Below are positions 44,435 to 53,886 of a stretch of DNA of 64,000 nt, in pieces (positions within the stretch are counted from its first letter, which is position 1; each line of letters starts with the position of its first letter). The translations under genes and the position numbers were made by a program. The notes under the pieces were generated by a model. It did not search any database. It was not told where the DNA came from and was given only the letters and a program-made list of their open reading frames with translations. Source of the DNA: Escherichia phage vB_EcoM_JNE01; sequence record OR670491; one strand, given 5' to 3'.

Positions 44435-44688
44435 TGCAAAATGAAATGATATACTTAACGAACGATGAACTAAAAGTAAGGCTCGTTAAATCCAGAAGAG
44501 ATACCAATAACATCCCAAAAGACCCTATGCAATCACCCGCAGAAAGGAGTGCTGAAGTATTATATGCACAACTCTTGTACTTTCTAGGAACTGATAGACA
44601 AGAACATTACGTTCAATCCTGGCTTAGATACACTAAAATTACTATTCAAGAAAAGCTACATGAACAAGAATTTCCTAAGTCGGAGTAA
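44434..44688 (+). CDS. LGT-family small protein
   Basis: motif LGTDRQEHY. Confidence 0.55.
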   Translation: MQNEMIYLTNDELKVRLVKSRRDTNNIPKDPMQSPAERSAEVLYAQLLYFLGTDRQEHYVQSWLRYTKITIQEKLHEQEFPKSE

Positions 44689-44692
44689 TAGA

Positions 44693-44917
44693 ATGCAAAA
44701 ACCTAAACCACTAGGAACAGCAGAATACATTGAACTAATGGCAGTGAACTTCTCTGCATTTAAGAAACTGCTACAAGAATCAAAGAATGATTTAGAGTAT
44801 AAGATTAAGGGTTCTGATTTAAGATTGTTACTTACTCTAGGAACAGACATTCAGGATAAATCTGTTCAAGAGCATATCAGAGCACTTACACATAGCATCT
44901 GTCATAAACATTCCTAA
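44693..44917 (+). CDS. LGT-family small protein
   Basis: start moved to MQKPKPLG; motif LGTDIQDKS. Confidence 0.55.
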   Translation: MQKPKPLGTAEYIELMAVNFSAFKKLLQESKNDLEYKIKGSDLRLLLTLGTDIQDKSVQEHIRALTHSICHKHS

Positions 44918-44931
44918 ATCGGAGAAATACA

Positions 44932-45159
44932 ATGCAAGCCCAAATCAAAACTCTAACATCTAAAATGTATCACGATGGTTTAATGAAGAGATCACCACAG
45001 CTACTGGAAATTTCCTCAAGCGATAAAAGTGATGAAGAGATTGAAATGCTCATGCAGGAAGTCAGACTAGATATCACGATAGGCACTGATGCACAATCAG
45101 AATACATTGGTTATTATATTGATTGTACTAAAGATTACATCAAGAGCCTATGCCAATGA
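44932..45159 (+). CDS. LGT-family small protein
   Basis: motif IGTDAQSEY. Confidence 0.55.
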   Translation: MQAQIKTLTSKMYHDGLMKRSPQLLEISSSDKSDEEIEMLMQEVRLDITIGTDAQSEYIGYYIDCTKDYIKSLCQ

Positions 45160-45207
45160 CATATTAGTACTGAATACTTAGTACTAAATTTTAATTAGGA
45201 AAATAAA

Positions 45208-45561
45208 ATGAAAAACATTTGGGGAATTGAAAGTACTAGTACTAAACAAAATGATTTAGCACTTTCAGCGATTGGAGTGGAGTTTATTAATCTACAAGGA
45301 AAGACATTCTTTTTATCGTGTTCTTCTGATGATGACATTAATATGTGTTTTGAATTAGATAAACATAACATTTCTTTATCGTACATTAAAAGTGAAGGAT
45401 TATTATTATATAGAGTGTATGACACTTGTAGTACTATCAGTACTGTTTATTACATCCAGAATAATACTGGAATGATATTAGATCAAAATGGAAATGAACA
45501 CAATCTATTTGGTTTATCTTATAGGGATAGTTCTTATTTAATTTCAAAGATTATGGAGTAA
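45208..45561 (+). CDS. hypothetical protein (non-family insert in LGT array)
   Basis: 117-aa ORF, SD AGGAAAA. Confidence 0.55.
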   Translation: MKNIWGIESTSTKQNDLALSAIGVEFINLQGKTFFLSCSSDDDINMCFELDKHNISLSYIKSEGLLLYRVYDTCSTISTVYYIQNNTGMILDQNGNEHNLFGLSYRDSSYLISKIME

Positions 45562-45564
45562 TTA

Positions 45565-45789
45565 ATGCACACAATAACACCAAAAGAACTATGGCGTAGG
45601 CTAGGACTAACTGCTACTAACTCTAGTCCAATCAGGACTGACCCAAATCTGACTGTCCTAGAGAAGCGTGTTTTAATGCATGAATTACAATTGCACAAAA
45701 CCATAGGAACAAACTACCAGGAACAGTTCGTTGGAATTTACCTTAAGAGTTTACAAGATTTAATTAAACAGAATAAAAGGACATTATGA
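45565..45789 (+). CDS. LGT-family small protein
   Basis: motif IGTNYQEQF. Confidence 0.6.
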   Translation: MHTITPKELWRRLGLTATNSSPIRTDPNLTVLEKRVLMHELQLHKTIGTNYQEQFVGIYLKSLQDLIKQNKRTL

Positions 45790-46025
45790 GCATCATCTCA
45801 ATAACCCAAGATGAACTATTACGTAGGATAGGACTAACAACTGCCAGTGCTATTGCAATTCGTAATAATCCAAACTTTACAGTACTAGAAAAGTACGCTC
45901 TAATGTACGAAGTAAAATTGAATGCTATTTTAGGAACAAACTACCAAGAACAGTTCATTGAAAGTTACGTAAATGCCTTAAAAGATTTAATTGAACATAA
46001 TAAAAAGGAATATACCAGAATATGA
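45786..46025 (+). CDS. LGT-family small protein
   Basis: ATGA overlap; motif LGTNYQEQF. Confidence 0.6.
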   Translation: MSIISITQDELLRRIGLTTASAIAIRNNPNFTVLEKYALMYEVKLNAILGTNYQEQFIESYVNALKDLIEHNKKEYTRI

Positions 46026-46267
46026 GAATCATTACATCTCAACAGTACAGAAACATTATGCTCAATACTATCCCTGATTGCAGGGCAATAGATAAACTAA
46101 CCTTAAGACCTGATGAGCGAAAGTGCAAGTACTATGAACTTATGTACTTTAACTTACTGGGTACTAACTATCAAGAGCATCATATTAAAGCGTACTTAAA
46201 TGTTTTAAAGGAGAGCACTGAATACCTTATTGAACAATCTAAGAAAGCTAAAAAGAGACAGAAATGA
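46022..46267 (+). CDS. LGT-family small protein
   Basis: ATGA overlap; motif LGTNYQEHH. Confidence 0.6.
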   Translation: MRIITSQQYRNIMLNTIPDCRAIDKLTLRPDERKCKYYELMYFNLLGTNYQEHHIKAYLNVLKESTEYLIEQSKKAKKRQK

Positions 46268-46524
46268 CAGCAATGAAAGAATTAAGACACGAAGATTACT
46301 TTACTTTTATTTCAAAGCACAACCAACAGTACAAAGAATTTAAAGAGCAGAGTACTTCCCATTATGAGTACTGTGTATTAAGTACTGATTATACTTTAGG
46401 TTTTACAGTAGGAACTACATTACAGGAATACTCTATTGGTTTGCACTTAAATGCTTTAGAAAGATTAATTCAAAGTAAAGTCCTAGAACATGAACAAGAA
46501 AATAAAAATACTAACAAAAAGTGA
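46264..46524 (+). CDS. LGT-family small protein
   Basis: ATGA overlap; motif VGTTLQEYS. Confidence 0.55.
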   Translation: MTAMKELRHEDYFTFISKHNQQYKEFKEQSTSHYEYCVLSTDYTLGFTVGTTLQEYSIGLHLNALERLIQSKVLEHEQENKNTNKK

Positions 46525-46729
46525 ATACGCAGATATCATTTTCAATACTATGCACAAATACCAGTACTTAAAAGATAATTACGATTCTATAGAGTTAGAA
46601 GTTAAAAAAGCAGACTTAGATGTATTAATAGCTTTAGGTACTAATTATCAAAAGTACAGTACTCCAAGATTAATAGAAGCATTACTACAAGAGGTCCAAA
46701 GTAAATGCAATGACAATGACAATGAATAA
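46490..46729 (+). CDS. LGT-family small protein
   Basis: motif LGTNYQKYS; 35-nt overlap. Confidence 0.5.
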   Translation: MNKKIKILTKSEYADIIFNTMHKYQYLKDNYDSIELEVKKADLDVLIALGTNYQKYSTPRLIEALLQEVQSKCNDNDNE

Positions 46730-46976
46730 GAACATAGTAGTAATACAGTACATGAGTTCTGTGCAGTACAAAAATGAAATTGCTAAAATGCAGAGCAATA
46801 GTACAGAAGACCGTTCTAAGTACTTGTGGTTAGTACAATCCAGAGAAATCGTTTTAAATAAATTTATAGGGACAGATGCACAAGAGTATTGCTTAGAGCA
46901 GTACATTGAAGCGTTGATGATGCACATCAGAGGTCTTAAGAAATTACGTTACAGTATTGACAGTACCAGAAAGTAG
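46722..46976 (+). CDS. LGT-family small protein
   Basis: start moved to MNKNIVV; motif IGTDAQEYC. Confidence 0.5.
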   Translation: MNKNIVVIQYMSSVQYKNEIAKMQSNSTEDRSKYLWLVQSREIVLNKFIGTDAQEYCLEQYIEALMMHIRGLKKLRYSIDSTRK

Positions 46977-47025
46977 TGCTATAGTACCTGTACATTCAAG
47001 GTACGTTCAATAAAGGGTAGAGGTT

Positions 47026-47262
47026 ATGATTAAATTAGCATTCGGTATTGTAGTACTGGCACTTGCAATCAGCTTAGGTCTAGCTGCACTGGAAGTTAAT
47101 GAATTAGAAGAGATGCATTGCACAAAGACAGGACAGAGTAGAGTTGAAACGGTTTTGATTCCCGTAACGGTTATTGTGAATAATATGCCCATCACGAATC
47201 TGATTCCTACCCTAACGACAACGTATCAGTACACTTGCGATGACGGAGAGCGATGGAGATAA
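47026..47262 (+). CDS. small protein with N-terminal signal peptide or membrane anchor
   Basis: MIKLAFGIVVLALAISLGLAA hydrophobic N-terminus; SD GGTAGAGG. Confidence 0.55.
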   Translation: MIKLAFGIVVLALAISLGLAALEVNELEEMHCTKTGQSRVETVLIPVTVIVNNMPITNLIPTLTTTYQYTCDDGERWR

Positions 47263-47504
47263 TGCATTACAAACATCTTCCAGAAATGGAATTCAGACGC
47301 ATGTCCAAGTCAATCAGACAAAAATACATTGCAACACAAAGGTACAACCTAAAGTACAAGCACAATATTCATGACGAACGATTGCTGTACGTAGTAGGGA
47401 CAGAGTATCAGGATAGGGTTGTTAATTCATATTTGTACGCCCTAAAAGAGTACATCCTATATCTTTGTAATAACAACAATAACAGTACAAAGGACATAAA
47501 ATGA
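47253..47504 (+). CDS. LGT-family small protein
   Basis: motif VGTEYQDRV. Confidence 0.55.
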   Translation: MEIMHYKHLPEMEFRRMSKSIRQKYIATQRYNLKYKHNIHDERLLYVVGTEYQDRVVNSYLYALKEYILYLCNNNNNSTKDIK

Positions 47505-47821
47505 AATTTAATATCCTAAGAGTATCAAAAAGAGCGATTTATGCATATGAGTTTAATTATGATCAATTTGATGTAGATATCATTTTGTACAAGAACAGCC
47601 AAGGTGAAATGCTTTTTAAGTACCAAAATAGTGAAGCAGATAATATTCCTTTACCGGATTTAACCAAAATGCAAGAGGATGAATTCTTTCAGCAGAGCTT
47701 AGTATATGATATTGATTTTTATAGTATAGATATTCTTTTAGCTTTACAGAAAAAGATGCACGAAATCTTTAATGATTTAGTCCAGGGTGATGATAGCACA
47801 AGGTTCGTATTCTATGTTTAG
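47501..47821 (+). CDS. FQ-S family protein (short type A)
   Basis: ATGA overlap; motif EFFQQSLVYD. Confidence 0.55.
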   Translation: MKFNILRVSKRAIYAYEFNYDQFDVDIILYKNSQGEMLFKYQNSEADNIPLPDLTKMQEDEFFQQSLVYDIDFYSIDILLALQKKMHEIFNDLVQGDDSTRFVFYV

Positions 47822-48017
47822 AAACATAGATCCCAATCAGTACGCAACAATGTACAGAGATTATTGGATGCAAAGTTCCAGTACCAAGTCCCTTGCGGAA
47901 TTTCGTATGATATATTTTCTTGGTACAGAGAATCAAGAAGAAACGATGCTGGACTATATTGAAGTACTAAAGGTTGAAGTACAAGATGAATACATATTAG
48001 GGGTTATGGAGCAGTGA
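47814..48017 (+). CDS. LGT-family small protein
   Basis: start moved to MFRNIDPNQY; motif LGTENQEET. Confidence 0.5.
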   Translation: MFRNIDPNQYATMYRDYWMQSSSTKSLAEFRMIYFLGTENQEETMLDYIEVLKVEVQDEYILGVMEQ

Positions 48018-48508
48018 AATCGAGATTCGTTTCAGAGTTCAGTACAGACACGGTGTACGCTAAGGATTTAGTACAGTTATTAATTTCATTGCTCAAGGCT
48101 AAGGATAATTCAGAAGTTCAAGATTTGTGTAGTTCTTGTATCCGATATGCAGGTGGTAATTTGTATATTAATATAGATGGATTAGATCGTCCTATATATA
48201 AACAATCAAAATTCATCCAAAGTTGGACATACATTGATTTTGATAGTACATATTCGGCGTACACAAAAAGAAGTACAAAAACCTTTTTTACAATCCAGGG
48301 TAAAACGTATAATTTATTAAAAGAGCCATTAACAGAAGAAATGTATTTCCAGATGCAATGCTTAGGATTAAGTACAGAAGCGTTAAATGCTTATGTGCTT
48401 ATTGATGCTATGGATTATTTAGATTTAGATAAGTACGTTCCAGACGGATGGAGAATGTCTTTACCTTCGTTATTTGCAGTGTACAATACAATACATGGGG
48501 AACCTTAA
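48014..48508 (+). CDS. FQ-S family protein
   Basis: GTG start overlapping stop; motif MYFQMQCLGL. Confidence 0.5.
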   Translation: MKSRFVSEFSTDTVYAKDLVQLLISLLKAKDNSEVQDLCSSCIRYAGGNLYINIDGLDRPIYKQSKFIQSWTYIDFDSTYSAYTKRSTKTFFTIQGKTYNLLKEPLTEEMYFQMQCLGLSTEALNAYVLIDAMDYLDLDKYVPDGWRMSLPSLFAVYNTIHGEP

Positions 48509-49019
48509 AGTGAATTTTAATGTAATTGATGTTCCTGAATTAGCAAAGAAGATTCAAACAATCCTGTACATAGGTAGTTCAATACGAAGTACAGGTGATT
48601 TCATCAGGACAGATAAAGTAAGAATGCAAGGTATGCGTTCATCATATGATGTTAAAGGTATGTGTACATTTGATATGGTCTATACAAAATACGGAAAGGA
48701 AAAGAATGCAGTATGTTTATTATCGTTTCCACCGAACCCTATAGCACCGAGAAATCCTAACAATACATTATGGTACGAGCAAGGTGCAGATACAGTAGAG
48801 TTCAAGGGTGTATTTTATGATGTAGAAGATATTCCAGCAACAGAAGAAGGAGCATTCCAGTACAGCTTATTATATCCAGATGATGTAATATTTTATAAGA
48901 AGTTATTTTGGGAGTTAAACAATTTACCTCATTACACCCCTAATTTTTCAATAGATCTGGAGTGCATTGATACCGTATACGAAAGTTTAATGGAGTTCAT
49001 TAGTTATGAAGTACAGTAA
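48495..49019 (+). CDS. FQ-S family protein
   Basis: motif GAFQYSLLYP; start ambiguous (48474/48495/48510). Confidence 0.5.
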   Translation: MGNLKVNFNVIDVPELAKKIQTILYIGSSIRSTGDFIRTDKVRMQGMRSSYDVKGMCTFDMVYTKYGKEKNAVCLLSFPPNPIAPRNPNNTLWYEQGADTVEFKGVFYDVEDIPATEEGAFQYSLLYPDDVIFYKKLFWELNNLPHYTPNFSIDLECIDTVYESLMEFISYEVQ

Positions 49020-49587
49020 CCCAGAAGAGACAGTATTTGAGTACACATATGAAAATGCTGTAGAGCTTTGTACAAAATTAAAAGAAGTCCTTCAAATTTA
49101 CAATTCCATTGTAAATGACCCAAAGAATAAAGATAAAAATGTAATCCAATTAAATGCATTTTGTTCCATAAACATAGCAAAAGACCATTCAGAATTACAG
49201 GTCCGTAAAACACAAGATAACGAGGACAAATTCAGATTCATCAGGAATTATCCAATATCAGATGTATTATCATATCTTAGTTTTCCACCTGGTCCTTGTT
49301 TGAGTAAAGAAGATACGGATTCATTTTGGTATAATAGTACATTCCAGTACATGGGTATTAATAACAAGGGTTCAGATGCAACGGACAGGATTGAAGTGAA
49401 TCAAAGTCCTAAAAGTGCAGAGGAATTCTTTCAGTACAGTACCCTTATGCATCCAAGAACAATTTTTTATTCATGCGTTTTAGATGCTTTGAAGAGTTCA
49501 GGTTTAGATTTACCGCATTTACGTTTCAACCCACAGAGCATTCCTAGTGTGTGGGAAATGTTAAAGAACGAGCCGCCTGTGTCGTAA
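49006..49587 (+). CDS. FQ-S family protein
   Basis: motif EFFQYSTLMH. Confidence 0.55.
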   Translation: MKYSNPEETVFEYTYENAVELCTKLKEVLQIYNSIVNDPKNKDKNVIQLNAFCSINIAKDHSELQVRKTQDNEDKFRFIRNYPISDVLSYLSFPPGPCLSKEDTDSFWYNSTFQYMGINNKGSDATDRIEVNQSPKSAEEFFQYSTLMHPRTIFYSCVLDALKSSGLDLPHLRFNPQSIPSVWEMLKNEPPVS

Positions 49588-49606
49588 GATACGGGCTTTT
49601 TTTGTA

Positions 49607-49635
49607 TTGACAAAAGCAAAAGTACCAAGTACAAT
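49607..49635 (+). promoter_or_regulatory. sigma70-like promoter (TTGACA-17-TACAAT) preceded by T-run terminator
   Basis: TTGACA 49607-49612, TACAAT 49630-49635, SD AAAGGAA, ATG 49664. Confidence 0.5.
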
Positions 49636-49663
49636 ACAGATATATTAATAAAAGGAACATACC

Positions 49664-50230
49664 ATGCAACCAGTACAACCAGTACAACCAGTACCTAAAG
49701 TGCCTAAAGTGCATCTAGTAGCCGATTTCGAAGTACCACAAACGTTCGAAGAGTGCAATGCGTACATCGACAAGGTGCTTTGTATTTTCAAGGCATTCAT
49801 TGAAGATGACATTCCATCCTTTGATTACGAACATCCCAGCCAAGGGTACGCAAACATGTACACAAGGAATAACATGAGTGGTATTATTCCTCACATCACG
49901 AGTACAACGTTTTGGTACACAGATAGTTCAAAGAAATCAAAAGATTTCCTTGTACGCGATTTGAATTTAAACGAACCTTCATCAGTACCTATGCTGTTTG
50001 AGCCTATTCAATCCAAAGAAGAGTATTTTCAGTACAGCACCTTGTATACAGCATTTGAGTTATTTTGTATTCAGATGTACGCAAGAACAAATGCTTATAT
50101 TAAAGATAATCCAATCAATTTCAAAAGTGCCAAGATTGTCCATCCTGTATTTGCTGATTTATATGATTCAGTGTATTCAGGTAAAAAGCCAAAGTACACC
50201 ACAACAGCGTATAGAGCGTTTCGTCCTTAA
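49664..50230 (+). CDS. FQ-S family protein with N-terminal QPV/KVP short repeats
   Basis: MQPVQPVQPVPKVPKV...; motif EYFQYSTLYT. Confidence 0.6.
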   Translation: MQPVQPVQPVPKVPKVHLVADFEVPQTFEECNAYIDKVLCIFKAFIEDDIPSFDYEHPSQGYANMYTRNNMSGIIPHITSTTFWYTDSSKKSKDFLVRDLNLNEPSSVPMLFEPIQSKEEYFQYSTLYTAFELFCIQMYARTNAYIKDNPINFKSAKIVHPVFADLYDSVYSGKKPKYTTTAYRAFRP

Positions 50231-50239
50231 GGAGCTATA

Positions 50240-50851
50240 ATGAGTTACATGAGTTCGCACAGATTATTAGATGTGTTAAAGGAGCATCTTGTTTTCCTTC
50301 AGGACAAGTTACGTTCCTTTTCAGAGACATTCCCGGAGGGTAGTAAGTTGGTAGTTCCTTTTCGTGCACCCAATGTGAATGACCAGTTCATAGTACACAT
50401 CAGTACAGATAATATTTCGTTGCGTATTATCAATTCAGATTTAGATTTATTCGGTGTAAGATTCAATACAAAACAAACGGTATCGAGTTCGTCCCTGAAC
50501 AAATGGGATTTTTGTATTGCTCACCCTAATAAAGCTGAAGAGATTTGGATACAAATCAGTGCAGATGGTCATGAGAGATCGCATTTTGCGTATTATCCTA
50601 AAACAGATAAGTTCCCAGAATCAGTGTATTACAAGAGAACAGATTATGAAACATTGGATTCATTTTTGTTCCAGCAGCAGATGTTTGAAGGCGTAAGAAA
50701 TCAAGATGAAATCCAGAAGGACATTGATACAATCCTTGATATCCAAAGTTATCTTGATGAAGACATGTACGTATATCATGGTAATTCAGTTATTTTTGAA
50801 AATGTATTACCGTCCTTTATCAATGCATTACAAGATATTAAGGTGTTTTAA
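50240..50851 (+). CDS. hypothetical protein (FQ-S-like)
   Basis: 203-aa ORF, SD AAGGAG; weak motif FLFQQQMF. Confidence 0.55.
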   Translation: MSYMSSHRLLDVLKEHLVFLQDKLRSFSETFPEGSKLVVPFRAPNVNDQFIVHISTDNISLRIINSDLDLFGVRFNTKQTVSSSSLNKWDFCIAHPNKAEEIWIQISADGHERSHFAYYPKTDKFPESVYYKRTDYETLDSFLFQQQMFEGVRNQDEIQKDIDTILDIQSYLDEDMYVYHGNSVIFENVLPSFINALQDIKVF

Positions 50852-51084
50852 TGATTTTATTCAATACAGGTCCGTGTTCCTTAGAAGTGATGTTTTCAAG
50901 AAATCGTTTATGGAATCAAAAATTCAGGGACGATACGTTGTTTCACAGGATGGTACAAACCTTCGAAAACGAGAAAGAAGAAGAATACATACACAGAATC
51001 ATGTACATAGCAGTCCTCAGTACACCTGAATATTACGAGCGTTTGAGAGCGTTCAATTCCACAATACCAAAGGAGCCTAAGTGA
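50851..51084 (+). CDS. hypothetical small protein
   Basis: 77-aa ORF; TAATG overlap. Confidence 0.5.
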   Translation: MILFNTGPCSLEVMFSRNRLWNQKFRDDTLFHRMVQTFENEKEEEYIHRIMYIAVLSTPEYYERLRAFNSTIPKEPK

Positions 51085-51482
51085 CAACCATGAAACCAGT
51101 ACCGTTAAGATATCAATTTTGTGCTTACGCAGTGCAAATGTACAGTTCAGAAGGTATATGTCAATACGAGTTTGATATTGAGTCACAGGAGACGAATGAA
51201 GAGGTGTACACGGTACGTTACCTTTACGGGAAGTACACCTTCGCTATCAAAGACAAGCACAGAAACATATCCCCTGTTCCTAATTTTGTACACGAACCGG
51301 AGTTGGAGTTCCAGTACAGCACCTTAAGAGATGACATTCCTGTGCACAAGAAGATGCAGGATGTGCTGATAAAGTTCGTAGAATGTGTTATGGCGGTTGA
51401 CAATTACCCGAATATCCTGTACATTACCTTTGATAGTTACGAAATCTTAGAAGATATGTTCGAGGGATGGGAATTATGTTAA
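51081..51482 (+). CDS. FQ-S family protein
   Basis: GTGA overlap; motif LEFQYSTLRD. Confidence 0.55.
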   Translation: MTTMKPVPLRYQFCAYAVQMYSSEGICQYEFDIESQETNEEVYTVRYLYGKYTFAIKDKHRNISPVPNFVHEPELEFQYSTLRDDIPVHKKMQDVLIKFVECVMAVDNYPNILYITFDSYEILEDMFEGWELC

Positions 51483-51670
51483 GTGAAAATCAGACCAAAA
51501 TAATTGACAGGATGGTATCCCTGCATATCAGTCAGTACCTTTATGATTCCAGAAGAGGTATTGATACATGGGACATTACAATGCAATGCATCAGGCTTTT
51601 TTATTCGGATTTTAATAATGGATTAAAATGGCTCCAAGAGAGAAAAGATGAGAAAGTACACCAGACATGA
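51476..51670 (+). CDS. hypothetical small protein
   Basis: ORF, 7-nt overlap. Confidence 0.45.
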   Translation: MLSENQTKIIDRMVSLHISQYLYDSRRGIDTWDITMQCIRLFYSDFNNGLKWLQERKDEKVHQT

Positions 51671-51848
51671 GTTTATAGTAGAAATTCAGGAAGTATTTCA
51701 GAGGTGGAAAGCCTTGGGTTTAGAGAATTTTCCGTATCAGGATTTTAAATTATTACATTTTTGGGGTAGTAATATGCAGGACGCTGTATTAAAAGAGTAC
51801 CTAAAAGAGATGCAGTACAAGATACAGTACAAGAAGGAACAACAATGA
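51648..51848 (+). CDS. LGT-family-like small protein
   Basis: motif FWGSNMQDAVLKEYL. Confidence 0.5.
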   Translation: MRKYTRHEFIVEIQEVFQRWKALGLENFPYQDFKLLHFWGSNMQDAVLKEYLKEMQYKIQYKKEQQ

Positions 51849-52069
51849 GTCCAAATCCAAGTCATGAAGTTGCATTTGATTCGAGTATAGTACATTTAGT
51901 TGTAGAAATGGTTAATGAAGATTTCAAACATGAAATTAACAAAGACCGATGGGAAATGCTTTTGGAGTTCATATTACAAAACATCAGGTCGTATTGGACG
52001 GAGGCAGTACGAGAAGAGATGTTTTGGAGGGGTGAAATTCAAATGATAAATAACGGCATTTTGGAATAA
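51845..52069 (+). CDS. hypothetical small protein
   Basis: ATGA overlap. Confidence 0.5.
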   Translation: MSPNPSHEVAFDSSIVHLVVEMVNEDFKHEINKDRWEMLLEFILQNIRSYWTEAVREEMFWRGEIQMINNGILE

Positions 52070-52273
52070 CATGAGGGGGCGGTTTTACAGGCCGATGTTT
52101 TAGGGGTCAAAAAAATTTCCGCTTTAACAAGGTGGAGATTATCTTTTATATATCCTGTTAGAATTGTGCATAAGCGTAGAAGGAATTTTCGAAAAAGAAA
52201 AAAAGACGCGACGCAGGCACGATTCGGGCTGGGAATATATTTCTTTATCTTGTATTTTAATTTGGAGTTCATT

Positions 52274-52618
52274 ATGGATTTTGATTATTCGATTTACAGT
52301 ATAAAGTACCATGATTCTTTTGAATTGTATTGTAATCTTGTAAAGGGTGATAGCAAGCACGATTGTGAGCAATTCCTGCGATACGATGGGAAACAATTTC
52401 ATTTCTATGATTACTGTACTGGAGATAAAGAAGAAGTACCAGATTATACGGGGCTGGATGATGCAGAACTATTTCAGGCTAGACTTGTATTTGATTCGAG
52501 ATTAGTTTGCAGTATTGAAGAGATGATTCCTTTACAACAGGAATTAAAAGAACATTCCGAAAAGAAAGTCCAGTACGGATATGATCATCGTTATTACTTT
52601 AATCTAGAGGATAAGTAA
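52274..52618 (+). CDS. FQ-S family protein, type A (ends YYFNLEDK)
   Basis: start moved to MDFDYSIY with SD GGAG; motif ELFQARLVFD. Confidence 0.6.
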   Translation: MDFDYSIYSIKYHDSFELYCNLVKGDSKHDCEQFLRYDGKQFHFYDYCTGDKEEVPDYTGLDDAELFQARLVFDSRLVCSIEEMIPLQQELKEHSEKKVQYGYDHRYYFNLEDK

Positions 52619-53094
52619 TGAGTTTAGAAAGTGCACTGGAATTAGGTCGAAGGATAGTTCCTATTATTAATTTCTACCAAAAGAATTTATATAAGCTAGG
52701 ATACTTCAATGATGAAATCCTGACTCCAGAAGAACTGGAGTTGGGATACATGTGTATGTTAGCCTTTGGTCAGTATCATACTAGTGGTGATTGTGATATG
52801 AACCTTAGTGGTGGATATCTTGATTTCGAAAGGAATAGTGCACTCCAATTCGTAGACAGAAATGGTTCAGTACAACGTATTGAACCGGAAGAGTTTAAAG
52901 AATTTAGTACTATGACAGAGGATATGTATTTCCAGTTAAGTACTCTTTACAGTTCAGAAGCACTTGATGCAATGATACTTTTTGATTACTTATATGGCAG
53001 TGATGTTCCTAACTTCGTGTATCTAAGTCTTACTCGCTTGGATATTCTGGAAGAATTATATGAACAGGATTTATTAAAACAGGTACATATGTAA
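52618..53094 (+). CDS. FQ-S family protein, type B (starts MSLESALE)
   Basis: TAATG overlap; motif MYFQLSTLYS. Confidence 0.6.
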   Translation: MSLESALELGRRIVPIINFYQKNLYKLGYFNDEILTPEELELGYMCMLAFGQYHTSGDCDMNLSGGYLDFERNSALQFVDRNGSVQRIEPEEFKEFSTMTEDMYFQLSTLYSSEALDAMILFDYLYGSDVPNFVYLSLTRLDILEELYEQDLLKQVHM

Positions 53095-53447
53095 TGGAAT
53101 TTGAATTTGTAATATCGACACATAGTTTCAAGTTACAGCGTCAGTACTTTTGTAATTTAAACAAAGGTGATATGATACACGCAGGGAATGAATATCTTCA
53201 TTACAGTAGTGGTAAATTTACATTTGTTAATTACGATAATTATCTTAATCCACATGAAGAGATGCTGGATTATACAGTACTACCAGATGGTGAACTATTT
53301 CAGCAGTCCCTGGTATTTGATAAGAAGTACATTTGTTCTTTTGAGGATGTTTGTGCTTTGCAGAAGATCATAAAAGAATACGACAAGAGTATTTCTGGGC
53401 GTGATATAATAATTAAGGAATATAAGTTCAACCTAGAGGATATGTAA
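53094..53447 (+). CDS. FQ-S family protein, type A (ends KFNLEDM)
   Basis: TAATG overlap; motif ELFQQSLVFD. Confidence 0.6.
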   Translation: MEFEFVISTHSFKLQRQYFCNLNKGDMIHAGNEYLHYSSGKFTFVNYDNYLNPHEEMLDYTVLPDGELFQQSLVFDKKYICSFEDVCALQKIIKEYDKSISGRDIIIKEYKFNLEDM

Positions 53448-53884
53448 TGAGTTTAGAAAGAGCATTAGAAATTGCTGAGTTGATTGATTTGTGCAGAACT
53501 AAAATCAAAACTGACTGCCTCAATGGATATCTATACCAGGAAGGCAATTCATATTTCCGAAGTTTATTTGATGAAAGTTCTGATAGTATTGAAATGTATG
53601 ATGATAAGTTAGATACCAGATATACTGTTGAATGCGATGTTAGTTTAGAAGATAATTACATATTCTTTTGTAAGAACTCTAGTATTGCATTAAGTTATAA
53701 TGAGCTTCTCCCTTATTCAGTACTTGAAGGTAATTGGGGTAGTCCAGAATATTACTTCCAGCAAAGTACTATCTACAGTGAAGAAGTTCTTGATAAACTA
53801 GTCATTTTGTGGTACTTTAATAACACTAGTCCCAATAACTTCTACATGGACTTGGACATATTAGATGTAATGAAAGGGGGATAA
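53447..53884 (+). CDS. FQ-S family protein, type B (starts MSLERALE)
   Basis: TAATG overlap; motif YYFQQSTIYS. Confidence 0.6.
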   Translation: MSLERALEIAELIDLCRTKIKTDCLNGYLYQEGNSYFRSLFDESSDSIEMYDDKLDTRYTVECDVSLEDNYIFFCKNSSIALSYNELLPYSVLEGNWGSPEYYFQQSTIYSEEVLDKLVILWYFNNTSPNNFYMDLDILDVMKGG

Positions 53885-53886
53885 AC

